30,068 bases of DNA. Source: a virus. Taxonomy: Duplodnaviria; Heunggongvirae; Uroviricota; Caudoviricetes. Below the pieces are notes generated by a model, which did not search any database, was not told the origin of the DNA, and worked only from the letters and a program-made list of their open reading frames with translations. The position numbers and the translations under genes are program-made. Each line of letters starts with the position of its first letter. Positions within the stretch are counted from its first letter, which is position 1. The stretch is from IMG/VR virus record IMGVR_UViG_2706794678_000007; one strand, given 5' to 3'. Positions 1 through 7,772 of this stretch are shown here, in pieces.

Positions 1-1
1 G

Positions 2-133
2 AACTATGAGGCCATGAAAACATTGCTCGGCGAGCGGATTATGGATCGCATGACCATGAACGGCGGGCGATGGGTGAATTTTAACTGGGAGAGCTGGCGT
101 CCGAATGTCGTCCAGCCAGGAATTGAGAAGTAA
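2..133 (+). CDS. 3' end of an upstream prophage gene (5'-truncated by window edge), hypothetical protein
   Basis: Open frame from window edge to TAA at 131-133 (…[21 protein letters not shown]); next gene's RBS follows directly. Product not recognised. Confidence 0.35.
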   Translation, partial: NYEAMKTLLGERIMDRMTMNGGRWVNFNWESWRPNVVQPGIEK

Positions 134-155
134 TTTTTACCGGGAGGAAATTTTT

Positions 156-917
156 ATGGAGACTGTTTTTGACGCACTGAAAGCAATGGGAAAAGCCACA
201 TCCATAGAACTTGCTGCGCGACTTGATATCAGTCGTGAAGAAGTGCTGAACGAACTATGGGAACTGAAAAAAGCTGGTTTCGTTGATAAAAGCGCGTACA
301 CCTGGCGTGTGGCTGATAACAACGTTCAGCAGGAACAGCCAATGCAGGCAGAACTGCCGGAAGAAACCACCACGGCAACTGTAGTGAAAATCTCAGAGTG
401 CGATTTAACCGCGACGATTGAACAACGCGGACCACAAACGGCGGATGAACTGGCTACGCTGTTCGGTACAACATCCCGCAAAGTTGCTTCAACGCTGGCA
501 ATGGCAATCAGCAAAGGACGCCTGATTCGCGTAAACCAGAACAGTAAATTTCGTTACTGCATGCCGGGCGATAATTTACCAGCAGAGCCGAAAGCTGCAT
601 CGGTAGCGGAAACTGATGGTAAAGCCTTTCCTCAGCCAGCCGGTGTTGCGTTACCAGTACAGGAAGCGGCAACACAGGAAGATATTAAAACAGAAACTGT
701 GGCGGACATTGTGCAGTCGCTGCCATCGTTTACTGAAACGCAAGCGGATGACCTAGTTTTACCATCGCTGCATATGGCAAACCGCGAACTGCGTCGGGCG
801 AAAAATCATGTCCAGAAGTGGGAGCGAGTCTGCGCCGCGCTGCGGGAGCTGAACAAGCACCGGGATATTGTCCGACAGATTGTCGATTCCTCCAGTCGTA
901 TTGTGTCGGAAAAGTGA
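156..917 (+). CDS. prophage early-region protein with N-terminal winged-helix-like domain (hypothetical)
   Basis: ATG at 156 preceded by GGAGG (142-147); ORF-track frame 105..917. N-terminus ([29 protein letters not shown]) looks like a wHTH DNA-binding fold; acidic low-complexity middle. Confidence 0.6.
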   Translation: METVFDALKAMGKATSIELAARLDISREEVLNELWELKKAGFVDKSAYTWRVADNNVQQEQPMQAELPEETTTATVVKISECDLTATIEQRGPQTADELATLFGTTSRKVASTLAMAISKGRLIRVNQNSKFRYCMPGDNLPAEPKAASVAETDGKAFPQPAGVALPVQEAATQEDIKTETVADIVQSLPSFTETQADDLVLPSLHMANRELRRAKNHVQKWERVCAALRELNKHRDIVRQIVDSSSRIVSEK

Positions 918-932
918 TTGCCGGAGGCGCTT

Positions 933-1349
933 ATGGCAAAAGTTTTTACACAGGAAGAGCGTGAAAAAATTAAGGAGCAGGTTGTTGAGTTGGTACGCCA
1001 GAGTGGGCGCGAGACGTTAAGGCAACTGGAGGCCAAGACAGGTGCGACAAGATATCTGATGAGCATTCTTGCCAGAGAGTTGGTTGCCAGTGGCGATGTA
1101 TACAACTCTGGCTATGGGTTATTCCCGTCTGAACAGGCTCGTAAGGATTGGAAAAACGCCCGCAAAAAACTATCCAGGGCAAAGGTGAAAAAAACGGTTG
1201 TGGTTGATCCTGACCTTATCTGGTCATTACCAGACGGAGAAATACGCCGCTATGACAGGCGTCAGAACATAATCTGTCGCGAGTGCCGGAAGAGTGAAGT
1301 TATGAAACGTGTACTGGCATTTTATCAAGGAAATCTTCGGTATTTATAG
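933..1349 (+). CDS. hypothetical prophage protein (wHTH-like N-terminus, basic C-terminus)
   Basis: ATG at 933 with GGAGG at 923-927; the ORF-track start at 918 is an upstream extension. Immediately follows the previous gene. Confidence 0.6.
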   Translation: MAKVFTQEEREKIKEQVVELVRQSGRETLRQLEAKTGATRYLMSILARELVASGDVYNSGYGLFPSEQARKDWKNARKKLSRAKVKKTVVVDPDLIWSLPDGEIRRYDRRQNIICRECRKSEVMKRVLAFYQGNLRYL

Positions 1350-1386
1350 ACGTTACTAGATCAAAGAGCATTAGTTCATATGTAAA

Positions 1387-1392
1387 TTGACA
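1387..1392 (+). promoter_or_regulatory. candidate -35 element (perfect TTGACA) upstream of the low-GC cassette; no convincing -10 found
   Basis: TTGACA at 1387-1392, about 95 nt upstream of the cassette start; followed by inverted repeat GTCCGCT-N10-AGCGGAC (1425-1448). Confidence 0.25.
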
Positions 1393-1487
1393 TTTTTCTG
1401 GCACAGGGGAGAGCTAGCGTGGTTGTCCGCTTTGTGCCAATAGCGGACATTGCTGGCTCATGGTATGTTAGTTTAAGGAGGCAGGTT

Positions 1488-2510
1488 ATGCCCTGTATTT
1501 CGCTGTGGTATAATAGTTGCGCAATTGATACAAGGGAGCGTTACATCGTGAAAATTGTTTTCGAGGTTAATGGAAAGAAAGTTCCACTAAAATCTTTAAA
1601 ATACATAAGCAAAAAAGATCAACTCGAAGTAATGAAAAACTGGTTCTTTGAAAACTTTGAAGATCCGGCAAATGCTTGTCCGTATGAAAGTAGAGAAGGT
1701 GGCTATGCTTACATATATGGCGGGCCGTATGATGCGAGCGAAGAACTACAATCCATCTTCGGTCAATATGTTAAATCTGAGTATATTGAGGAATTAGTAG
1801 ATGAATTACAAACACAATGTTTTGACTGGTCTGGAAACTCAAATAATATAGATGATTGGTACGATGATGATATCTACGACGCTGTAACGTCTTCCGGTAA
1901 TCCGTATTTAAAATTCATTGATAATATCGATAAAATAAAAAAACTTGCAAAAGATAAAACTGAACAACAGCAAAAAAACCACTTGCTTAGTTTGCTCTAC
2001 ACGAATGTTATTACAGCTTTGGAAACGCTTTATGTTGAGCTATTCATTAATTCTATAGAGAAAGATGATGTCTACATAGCCAATTGTATAGAAAAAGGTA
2101 AGACTGAATTTAAAGTAAGCAAAGATATTGCTGCGTTGCCTTTCAAGGGTGAACCCATCGAGAAAATTAGGGGAGAGCTAATCAGGTCAATCAAGGAACA
2201 CTTGATCAGTGCAAGCTGGCATAGCACTAAAAAGGTAATCGACCGCTATGAAGCTACATTCGATATAAAAGTACAAAAAGACTGTCCGATAGAAGCTATT
2301 GAATTGGCAACCCTCAATCGAAATCACTTAGTGCATCGTGGTGGAAAGGATAAAGAAGGGAACCTCGTAGTGATTACAGACCAGGATCTTGAAACGCTGA
2401 TTGAAAATGCATCGAACCTGGCAATTATGCTCTACAACAGTTTAAATGTAGCAACGAATAAAACCACCATTTTGCAACCAGATGACAAACCGTTCATTCA
2501 TGAATTTTAA
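1488..2510 (+). CDS. hypothetical protein with C-terminal HEPN-type Rx4-6H motif (LNRNHLVHRGG); candidate Abi-like RNase effector
   Basis: ATG at 1488 preceded by strong SD AAGGAGG (1475-1481, 6-nt spacer); same frame as ORF-track 1419..2510. Markedly AT-rich relative to flanking phage genes. R(2319-2321)-N-H-L-V-H(2334-2336) fits the HEPN catalytic signature near the C-terminus. Alternative start GTG 1549. Confidence 0.6.
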   Translation: MPCISLWYNSCAIDTRERYIVKIVFEVNGKKVPLKSLKYISKKDQLEVMKNWFFENFEDPANACPYESREGGYAYIYGGPYDASEELQSIFGQYVKSEYIEELVDELQTQCFDWSGNSNNIDDWYDDDIYDAVTSSGNPYLKFIDNIDKIKKLAKDKTEQQQKNHLLSLLYTNVITALETLYVELFINSIEKDDVYIANCIEKGKTEFKVSKDIAALPFKGEPIEKIRGELIRSIKEHLISASWHSTKKVIDRYEATFDIKVQKDCPIEAIELATLNRNHLVHRGGKDKEGNLVVITDQDLETLIENASNLAIMLYNSLNVATNKTTILQPDDKPFIHEF

Positions 2511-2525
2511 TAGCGCAGGTCATAC

Positions 2526-3527
2526 ATGGATATTCGCACACGAAAGACAAAATTTTTAGAGTCGTTAGATTCAACTGAAGTGATACGCAAAGCAGTAAGT
2601 CTCGCTATAGATTGCATTATTGATAATCATAATAGTAATGAAGATACCCCCTTAGTTATTACCAGCTATGATGATCTCTGTAGAATCCAGGTGCTAAATT
2701 ATGTACAGGAGTTTTGCGAAGCTGCATTCCCTGATATGGATGAATATTACTTTAGTCCTAACATACTTCGCATCAACGGCAAGACTAGTGAAGAAGCTTG
2801 TATTAACTTAATTAAACTCTTAAGAAGTACAAAAGGCATGCTATTCTGGTCCGATGCCCCATCGTGGTTCGCTAGCCTCCCCGACGGATTATTCCATGTT
2901 GTTAACATTGATCAAAAAATCGTTACTCGCGGCCTTAATAAGAAAAACTCTAAGCCGACAATAATCAATAAAGATTACAGTGTAGATACACTACTATCAG
3001 AGCTATTTTTGAATGGCGCACACATGGAGCAACCCAACGTACACAACGTTTCTGAGGGAAACATGAAGTTCTATGATGAATGCCATGCTGGATTAATCAG
3101 ACCAATACCCGCTCCAATAGGCGCGTCATACGATGAAGAGATCACAATTAATTCTCCAGATTGGCAAAAGCTCGCGTGTGTAGCTTTACGCCGCTATCAG
3201 TCGAAGGAATGTCATGACGGAATGCAATGGGATACAACCGATCATGGTTGGACTGATGTAATCGCGTATCCATTCGTCGAAGAAATACAATCAATGGATA
3301 ATAGTGGTTATCGACAATGTTTAGTTGGGCTGGTCACAATAAACAATTCAAATGCAAATTCTCCGTACCTATCTACCGTTTGGATACATCCATTTTATCG
3401 CAGGAGAGGGTTATTAAGTAAGTTATGGCCAAAATTACAAGAGTTATATGGAAGTAACTTCGAAATTGAGCGACCTAATGAAAATATGAAAGCATTTCTG
3501 AAAAGTGCGAAACACGCAGATTACTAA
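2526..3527 (+). CDS. hypothetical protein, C-terminal region resembling a GNAT acetyltransferase core (…VWIHPFYRRRGLLSKLW…)
   Basis: ATG at 2526, 15 nt after the previous stop (operon-like). AT-rich codon usage like the upstream gene. C-terminal P-x3-R-x2-G-L-L-x2-L resembles GNAT motif A; pattern recognition only, not verified. Confidence 0.55.
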   Translation: MDIRTRKTKFLESLDSTEVIRKAVSLAIDCIIDNHNSNEDTPLVITSYDDLCRIQVLNYVQEFCEAAFPDMDEYYFSPNILRINGKTSEEACINLIKLLRSTKGMLFWSDAPSWFASLPDGLFHVVNIDQKIVTRGLNKKNSKPTIINKDYSVDTLLSELFLNGAHMEQPNVHNVSEGNMKFYDECHAGLIRPIPAPIGASYDEEITINSPDWQKLACVALRRYQSKECHDGMQWDTTDHGWTDVIAYPFVEEIQSMDNSGYRQCLVGLVTINNSNANSPYLSTVWIHPFYRRRGLLSKLWPKLQELYGSNFEIERPNENMKAFLKSAKHADY

Positions 3528-3710
3528 TTTATGAATCAGTCTGTGGAGTTAGGGTTGGTGTGAACAAGTAGGGTAAGAGCCTCAACGTGATGCTATGCCG
3601 ACCTGCTCCCTGAGAATTCACACAGAAGGCTGCTAGCAATGTCTGCAGATCGCTCAAAGCGGACTAAAATGTTGGCTTGTTTCTGACTTAGAGCATTTAA
3701 GGAAGTGCTG

Positions 3711-3929
3711 GTGGTGACTGGTTGTTGTGTTCCATTTCTACAGAATAAAATCACAGAAACTATACCCAATAGTTGTATTGAATCACTGACGAGACAGCCT
3801 CATATTTATCAGGACTGGTGTGCGTCTAATACAGGGGGTTGTCGTGCTGGTTCTCAAATGTGCGCTGGCTATTGCGGCTGTAATGGCAATTTATTGTCTT
3901 GCTGTTGTTCTTATGGAGCGGCTTTCTGA
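3711..3929 (+). CDS. possible small cysteine-rich protein (11 Cys in about 72 aa); uncertain
   Basis: ORF-track 3705..3929. AAGGA at 3700-3704 with GTG at 3711 gives the best spacing. No recognised homology. Confidence 0.2.
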   Translation: MVTGCCVPFLQNKITETIPNSCIESLTRQPHIYQDWCASNTGGCRAGSQMCAGYCGCNGNLLSCCCSYGAAF

Positions 3930-4081
3930 TTGATTACATACTGGCTAGAAAAAAGGTGTTACCTTGGTTTATCTTTGTCCGGCAAGGTGCGCTCATTAAT
4001 CTTAAGTAAATTTATTGCTCAAGTATTCAGATTACTTCTTATGGTTGAAGTCTCCTGTCAATGTAGAACCAATATATTTAC

Positions 4082-4118
4082 AAAAATGAGACCCGTCGGG
4101 GATAGCCCTGCCGGGTCT
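4082..4118 (-). terminator. rho-independent terminator for the minus-strand yeaR-like gene
   Basis: Stem AGACCCG (4089-4095) / CGGGTCT (4112-4118); on the minus strand the hairpin is followed by a T-run (reverse complement of 4082-4088). Lies about 30 nt past the stop at 4148. Confidence 0.45.
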
Positions 4119-4147
4119 GACTGTTAAAGCATTTTTAATATGATCAT

Positions 4148-4486
4148 CTATTTTTTGGTGCTATAGACTTTTTCGCCCGAAAAGTCTGGAGCGACCCAAA
4201 AGTTAATATTAAACTGAGCATCATCGCTTAGTTCAACACGGTGCCAGTATTGTGGTGGGCTTGTTGCAAAAGCGCCAGCATTAATGACTACTTTTATCTC
4301 CGGTTCAGTAGCATTCTCATCAGTAAAACCATAATATGTTACAGTGCCTTCCATTACGCACAACTGCCCAAAAACACCTGCTGCTGTATTATGATGTGTT
4401 AATAACGCTGAAGGTACGTTCTCTTTTGTGAAGAACGGAGTTGAGCGTTTGATTACCCAATCTTTAGGAATTCTCTTGTGTGTCAT
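4148..4486 (-). CDS. DUF1971 family protein, YeaR-like
   Basis: Minus-strand ORF-track 4148..4510. Start trimmed to the ATG at 4486, which has SD GGAGGAGG (reverse complement of 4491-4498). Length about 112 aa and motifs (RSTPFF…, FNINFWVAP) resemble E. coli YeaR as I remember it. Confidence 0.75.
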   Translation of the reverse strand: MTHKRIPKDWVIKRSTPFFTKENVPSALLTHHNTAAGVFGQLCVMEGTVTYYGFTDENATEPEIKVVINAGAFATSPPQYWHRVELSDDAQFNINFWVAPDFSGEKVYSTKK

Positions 4487-4501
4487 AACCACCTCCTCCA
4501 A

Positions 4502-4524
4502 AACATGCATTAAAAATGCATCTT
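4502..4524 (-). promoter_or_regulatory. candidate NsrR operator (11-1-11 inverted repeat) in the yeaR-like promoter
   Basis: AACATGCATTA-A-AAATGCATCTT closely matches the NsrR consensus AAnATGCATTT-n-AAATGCATnTT. Sits 16-38 nt upstream of the start codon; a TTGACA -35 on the minus strand lies at 4536-4541. Confidence 0.5.
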
Positions 4525-5299
4525 TTGGAGGGTTATGTCAAGCTGTTATGAAACACATAATTGATATGTTGATTAGAGGAGAAGATAGAATAAATATGGT
4601 TGTTTTTCGTATAACTATTTGTTTTACTTTTAGTTTATGCATTCTGTGTGTTAGGAATAAGTTATTAAAGTTTAATCAAAAAATCTCGATGTAGTCCACA
4701 TAGATTACTGTTACTGAACCTTATTGTGTGTATTAGTTGTGTTCTGAAATTTCAGCTTAATTATTTATGATGTATTTTTTAACGATAAATATTTTCCCAG
4801 GATACCTTTACTGTGTATATAAATAAATTATATACGCATAAATAATGTAAAGGCGTCCTTTTAGATATATCTTATCAAATGTTAATGACTTGAGTGGGAA
4901 ATATGATTCCAGCAACTTATCATGTGGCTACTTTATAAAAATAATGCCCATATAAAACAACAAGCGAAAAGGATTACGGATAAAAAAGGAGCGAGATGTG
5001 CGAACTTGTTATTTTCCATGTTTAACCACCTTAAATAATTGATGATGACGGGATGATTGCATCTGTAATGCTTTTATTGAAATGTTATGATAAAAAAGAA
5101 CTTTTGCATAACATTAAAATGTAATTTATCTAATCGTTTTTAATAATAAGTGTCGTATTTCTATCCTTGTACCAGCTATTTGATATGTAGTGTTTGTTCA
5201 TGCTATGTGGGGCTTTACACCATAGCCAGTTTATTTATACTTTATTCGTCAGCCTGAACAACTGGCATCTGCTGCGCTGCGCCATCGAGAGATTGAGAA

Positions 5300-5899
5300 A
5301 TGGCGCATATACAACTGGTCAAACAAACCTCTTCTGGTTTACTTCTCCCGGCGACGCCGGAGAGTTGCGATTTTCTGCATCAAATCAAAATAGGTGAGTG
5401 GATACACGCAGACTTTAAGCGTGTGCGTAACTACGCATTCCACAAGCGTTTTTTCAAACTCCTGCAACTGGGATTCGATTACTGGACTCCGGTCGGTGGG
5501 GCGATCACGCCTCGCGAACGAGAACTGCTGTCTGGTTTCGTTGATTACCTGTGCGAATCAGTTGGTCGGGAACACACGCCAGCCCTGAGTGATGCCGCAG
5601 AGCAATACCTTAACACCGTTGCGACTCGTAGAACCCGGGATACGGCGTTGCTAAAGTCGTTTGAGGCTTTCCGCGAGTGGGTAACCATTCAGGCCGGATT
5701 TTACACCGAGCATATTTATCCGGACGGTAGCCGTGGGCGTCGGGCAAAATCCATCGCTTTTGCGAATATGGACGAAGTCGAGTTTCAGCAGGTTTATAAA
5801 TCTGTACTGAATGTGCTGTGGAACTGGATTCTGTTCCGTAAATTCTCCTCTCAGGAGGAAGTTGAAAATGTGGCCGCACAACTACTGGAGTTTGCGTAA
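5300..5899 (+). CDS. nin-region protein, DUF1367-like (YbcN-like)
   Basis: ORF 5300..5899, immediately upstream of the YbcO-like gene and Q, matching nin-region order in lambdoid prophages. Family assignment from memory. Confidence 0.65.
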   Translation: MAHIQLVKQTSSGLLLPATPESCDFLHQIKIGEWIHADFKRVRNYAFHKRFFKLLQLGFDYWTPVGGAITPRERELLSGFVDYLCESVGREHTPALSDAAEQYLNTVATRRTRDTALLKSFEAFREWVTIQAGFYTEHIYPDGSRGRRAKSIAFANMDEVEFQQVYKSVLNVLWNWILFRKFSSQEEVENVAAQLLEFA

Positions 5900-6189
5900 T
5901 GGTGAATTTACGTAAAGCGGCTAAAGGCCAGATGTGCCAGATCAGAATCCCTGGCTACTGCAATCACAATCCCGAAACCTCTGTGCTGGCGCATTACAGG
6001 CTGGCGGGGACGTGCGGAACAGCGACAAAACCACATGATATGCAGGCGGCGATAGCCTGTAGCTCATGCCACGATCTAATCGACGGGCGGGTAAAAACCA
6101 GCGATTACACCAAAGAAGAATTGCGCCTGATGCATGCTGAAGGGGTTTTTCGCACACAAGAAATCTGGAGAAAGAAAGGTCATTTATGA
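5899..6189 (+). CDS. DUF1364 family protein (YbcO-like, Cys-rich putative nuclease/zinc-binding)
   Basis: 96 aa, Cys-rich (CQIRIPGYCNH…CSSCHD). Stop of the previous gene overlaps its start. Same length and nin-region position as DLP12 YbcO. Confidence 0.7.
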   Translation: MVNLRKAAKGQMCQIRIPGYCNHNPETSVLAHYRLAGTCGTATKPHDMQAAIACSSCHDLIDGRVKTSDYTKEELRLMHAEGVFRTQEIWRKKGHL

Positions 6190-6728
6190 TTTACCCAACG
6201 AATACAGGAAAAAGCGGAGAACACCTTCGCCTCACCACGCTGGAAAGTGTCTGGATTCAGGGAAAACTACGTATGTGGGGGCGCTGGTCGTATATTGGCG
6301 GTGGCAGGTCAGGGAATATGTTCAATCAGTTGTTGGCATCCAAAAAACTGACGAAAACAGCCATTAATGAAGCCCTGCGCAGAATGAAAAAAGCGGGAAT
6401 AGAGAAAGCTGAGCTGGAAGCGTTTTTGCGAGAGATGATCAACGGCAAGCAAAAGAGCTGGCTGGCGCATTGTACTGATGCAGAGGCGTTATGTATTGAT
6501 CGAGTCATAAGTGAGGTGCTGGCAGAGCATCCAGGATTGATTTGCATTCTCCGGCAACGCTATGAAGGGCGGGGGATGACTAAGCGCAAAATGGCTGAAT
6601 TGCTAAATGATGCACACCCAGAGTGGTGTTTTAGCACATGCGAAAAACGGATTGCTAATTGGTTAGCTGTTGCTGAGTATGCCCTATATATTCCCATGCG
6701 TGAATCATTTGCTGAGAAAATGGCTTGA
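6186..6728 (+). CDS. Q: late-gene antiterminator Q (Phage_antitermQ-like)
   Basis: Sits after nin genes and before the lysis cassette. W-G-R-W motif (LRMWGRWSY) resembles the QuuD-family signature. Overlaps the upstream gene by 4 nt. Confidence 0.6.
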   Translation: MIYPTNTGKSGEHLRLTTLESVWIQGKLRMWGRWSYIGGGRSGNMFNQLLASKKLTKTAINEALRRMKKAGIEKAELEAFLREMINGKQKSWLAHCTDAEALCIDRVISEVLAEHPGLICILRQRYEGRGMTKRKMAELLNDAHPEWCFSTCEKRIANWLAVAEYALYIPMRESFAEKMA

Positions 6729-6745
6729 TTTCTTACGTATAAACT
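6705..6745 (+). promoter_or_regulatory. candidate late promoter PR' region (-10-like TATAAA at 6738-6743); -35 not confidently placed
   Basis: Just 3' of Q, about 75-95 nt upstream of the tR'-like terminator, as expected for a lambdoid late leader. Confidence 0.3.
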
Positions 6746-6814
6746 GCTTCAATTTTGCTATGCTTCGCAAAGCTGTATCGCGAGGCGGATTGCAGACATG
6801 GACATCGTAAAAAA

Positions 6815-6836
6815 ACCGCTTAATGCGGTTTTTTTA
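6815..6836 (+). terminator. rho-independent terminator (tR'-like) downstream of Q
   Basis: AACCGC-TTAAT-GCGGTT hairpin followed by TTTTTTT (6830-6836), with an A-run before it. Confidence 0.6.
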
Positions 6837-7156
6837 CGTCAGGAAAGCAGGGGAGAATGCTGCTAGTTGGGCAACTGGTCTTTCTGCTCCAAATTATAAC
6901 AGAGACCAGTTATAGTTTCGGTGCTGTGTTTTTTTTACAATATTGTGATAACACATTGCTGGCGGGAGTTTTGATATTTCTTGGCAGGGGCTGATGATGC
7001 GTTATCCTGATGTCGTCAACTCATATAAAATGAGATGAGAGATCATTGCAGGGTGGTTTGTAATTCGCTGTTTAGCGGGACAATATGTTGTCTGATACAA
7101 GACACCCGACGCCTCAGATTACTATAATAAAGACGAAGCATCCTTTGTATTGACCA

Positions 7157-7185
7157 ACCGCCTGTTTAGGCGGTTCTTTTTGGGC
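7157..7185 (+). terminator. rho-independent terminator-like hairpin in the Q-S intergenic region
   Basis: AACCGCCT-GTTT-AGGCGGTT (8-bp stem) followed by CTTTTT. A TATAAT at 7124-7129 lies about 30 nt upstream. Confidence 0.45.
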
Positions 7186-7737
7186 TGGTTTATTGTATGC
7201 CAAATGATTATTAAAAAGGTTGTGTTAATAACAAGATCCGAAATAATATGCCTGCATATTTTTATCTTGCTTATATTCTGCATATTGTGCATAGCAGGCT
7301 CATCCCTGCAATCAAAACTGTATGATGAGTATTTTTTGTTTTCCTTTTTTCCAGTCATCTGATGATGACCTGCTTCTTTTTAATCCGGATCGACATCAGT
7401 TTTTTAAGATAATTCCTGCGAGTTATATGCATAAATGCCACAAACTCCGCATTTTATGTGGTTGGGAGTTGCCGGGCGCGCAGTGAGTTTGCTAAGAAAA
7501 CTCCTGCATGGTGAATCCCCCTGTGCGGTGGGGTGATACCATTAACCTTTTCTGTCGCCGACAGGTATCACGAACATTTTGTTCACCGGGAGGCACCCGG
7601 CACCATGCACTTCAATAGATTCTCTCCACATTATGGATATTCTTTCAGAATATCCCACGCAGACTTTGTGTAAATGTTAACAAATGTGCGTTTTATTTGA
7701 TCTGATTCGCTGTTTGAGCGTCCAAAACAACGGTATA

Positions 7738-7743
7738 TATAAT
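7738..7743 (+). promoter_or_regulatory. candidate -10 (TATAAT) for the first TolA-like lipoprotein gene
   Basis: TATAAT about 30 nt upstream of ATG 7773; RBS GAGGAA directly upstream of the start. Weak -35. Confidence 0.3.
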
Positions 7744-7772
7744 CCTTTACTATATGACATATGTGAGGAAAA

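Noticed and set aside
1419-1487. Longer 5' extension of the cassette's first gene (ORF-track start at 1419).
   Set aside because: Strong SD AAGGAGG sits immediately before the internal ATG at 1488; the extension overlaps the inverted repeat/operator region and has no RBS.
3930-4127. 65-aa plus-strand ORF.
   Set aside because: No RBS, overlaps the terminator hairpin of the minus-strand gene, odd composition; likely spurious.
4487-4510. Upstream in-frame Met (MHVLEEVV…) as the start of the yeaR-like gene.
   Set aside because: It would place the start codon inside the NsrR operator with no SD; the downstream ATG at 4486 has a GGAGGAGG SD and matches YeaR length.
4428-4694. 88-aa plus-strand ORF overlapping the yeaR-like start and promoter.
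   Set aside because: Antisense to the yeaR-like 5' end, RBS and NsrR site; AT-rich, no RBS.
5194-5588. Small ORFs 5194-5397 and 5394-5588 overlapping the DUF1367 gene.
   Set aside because: Alternative-frame overlaps of a well-supported gene; no independent signals.
7122-7362. Overlapping 78-aa (minus) and 70-aa (plus) ORFs in the Q-S intergenic region.
   Set aside because: Mutually overlapping, AT-rich, no RBS; the plus ORF overlaps a terminator hairpin. Treated as non-coding.
7440-7620. tRNA or tRNA-remnant search (GGTGAATCCCC resembles a T-arm).
   Set aside because: No canonical GTTCGAATCC T-loop, no acceptor-stem/CCA arrangement or cloverleaf that I could build by eye; needs tRNAscan-SE to be sure.
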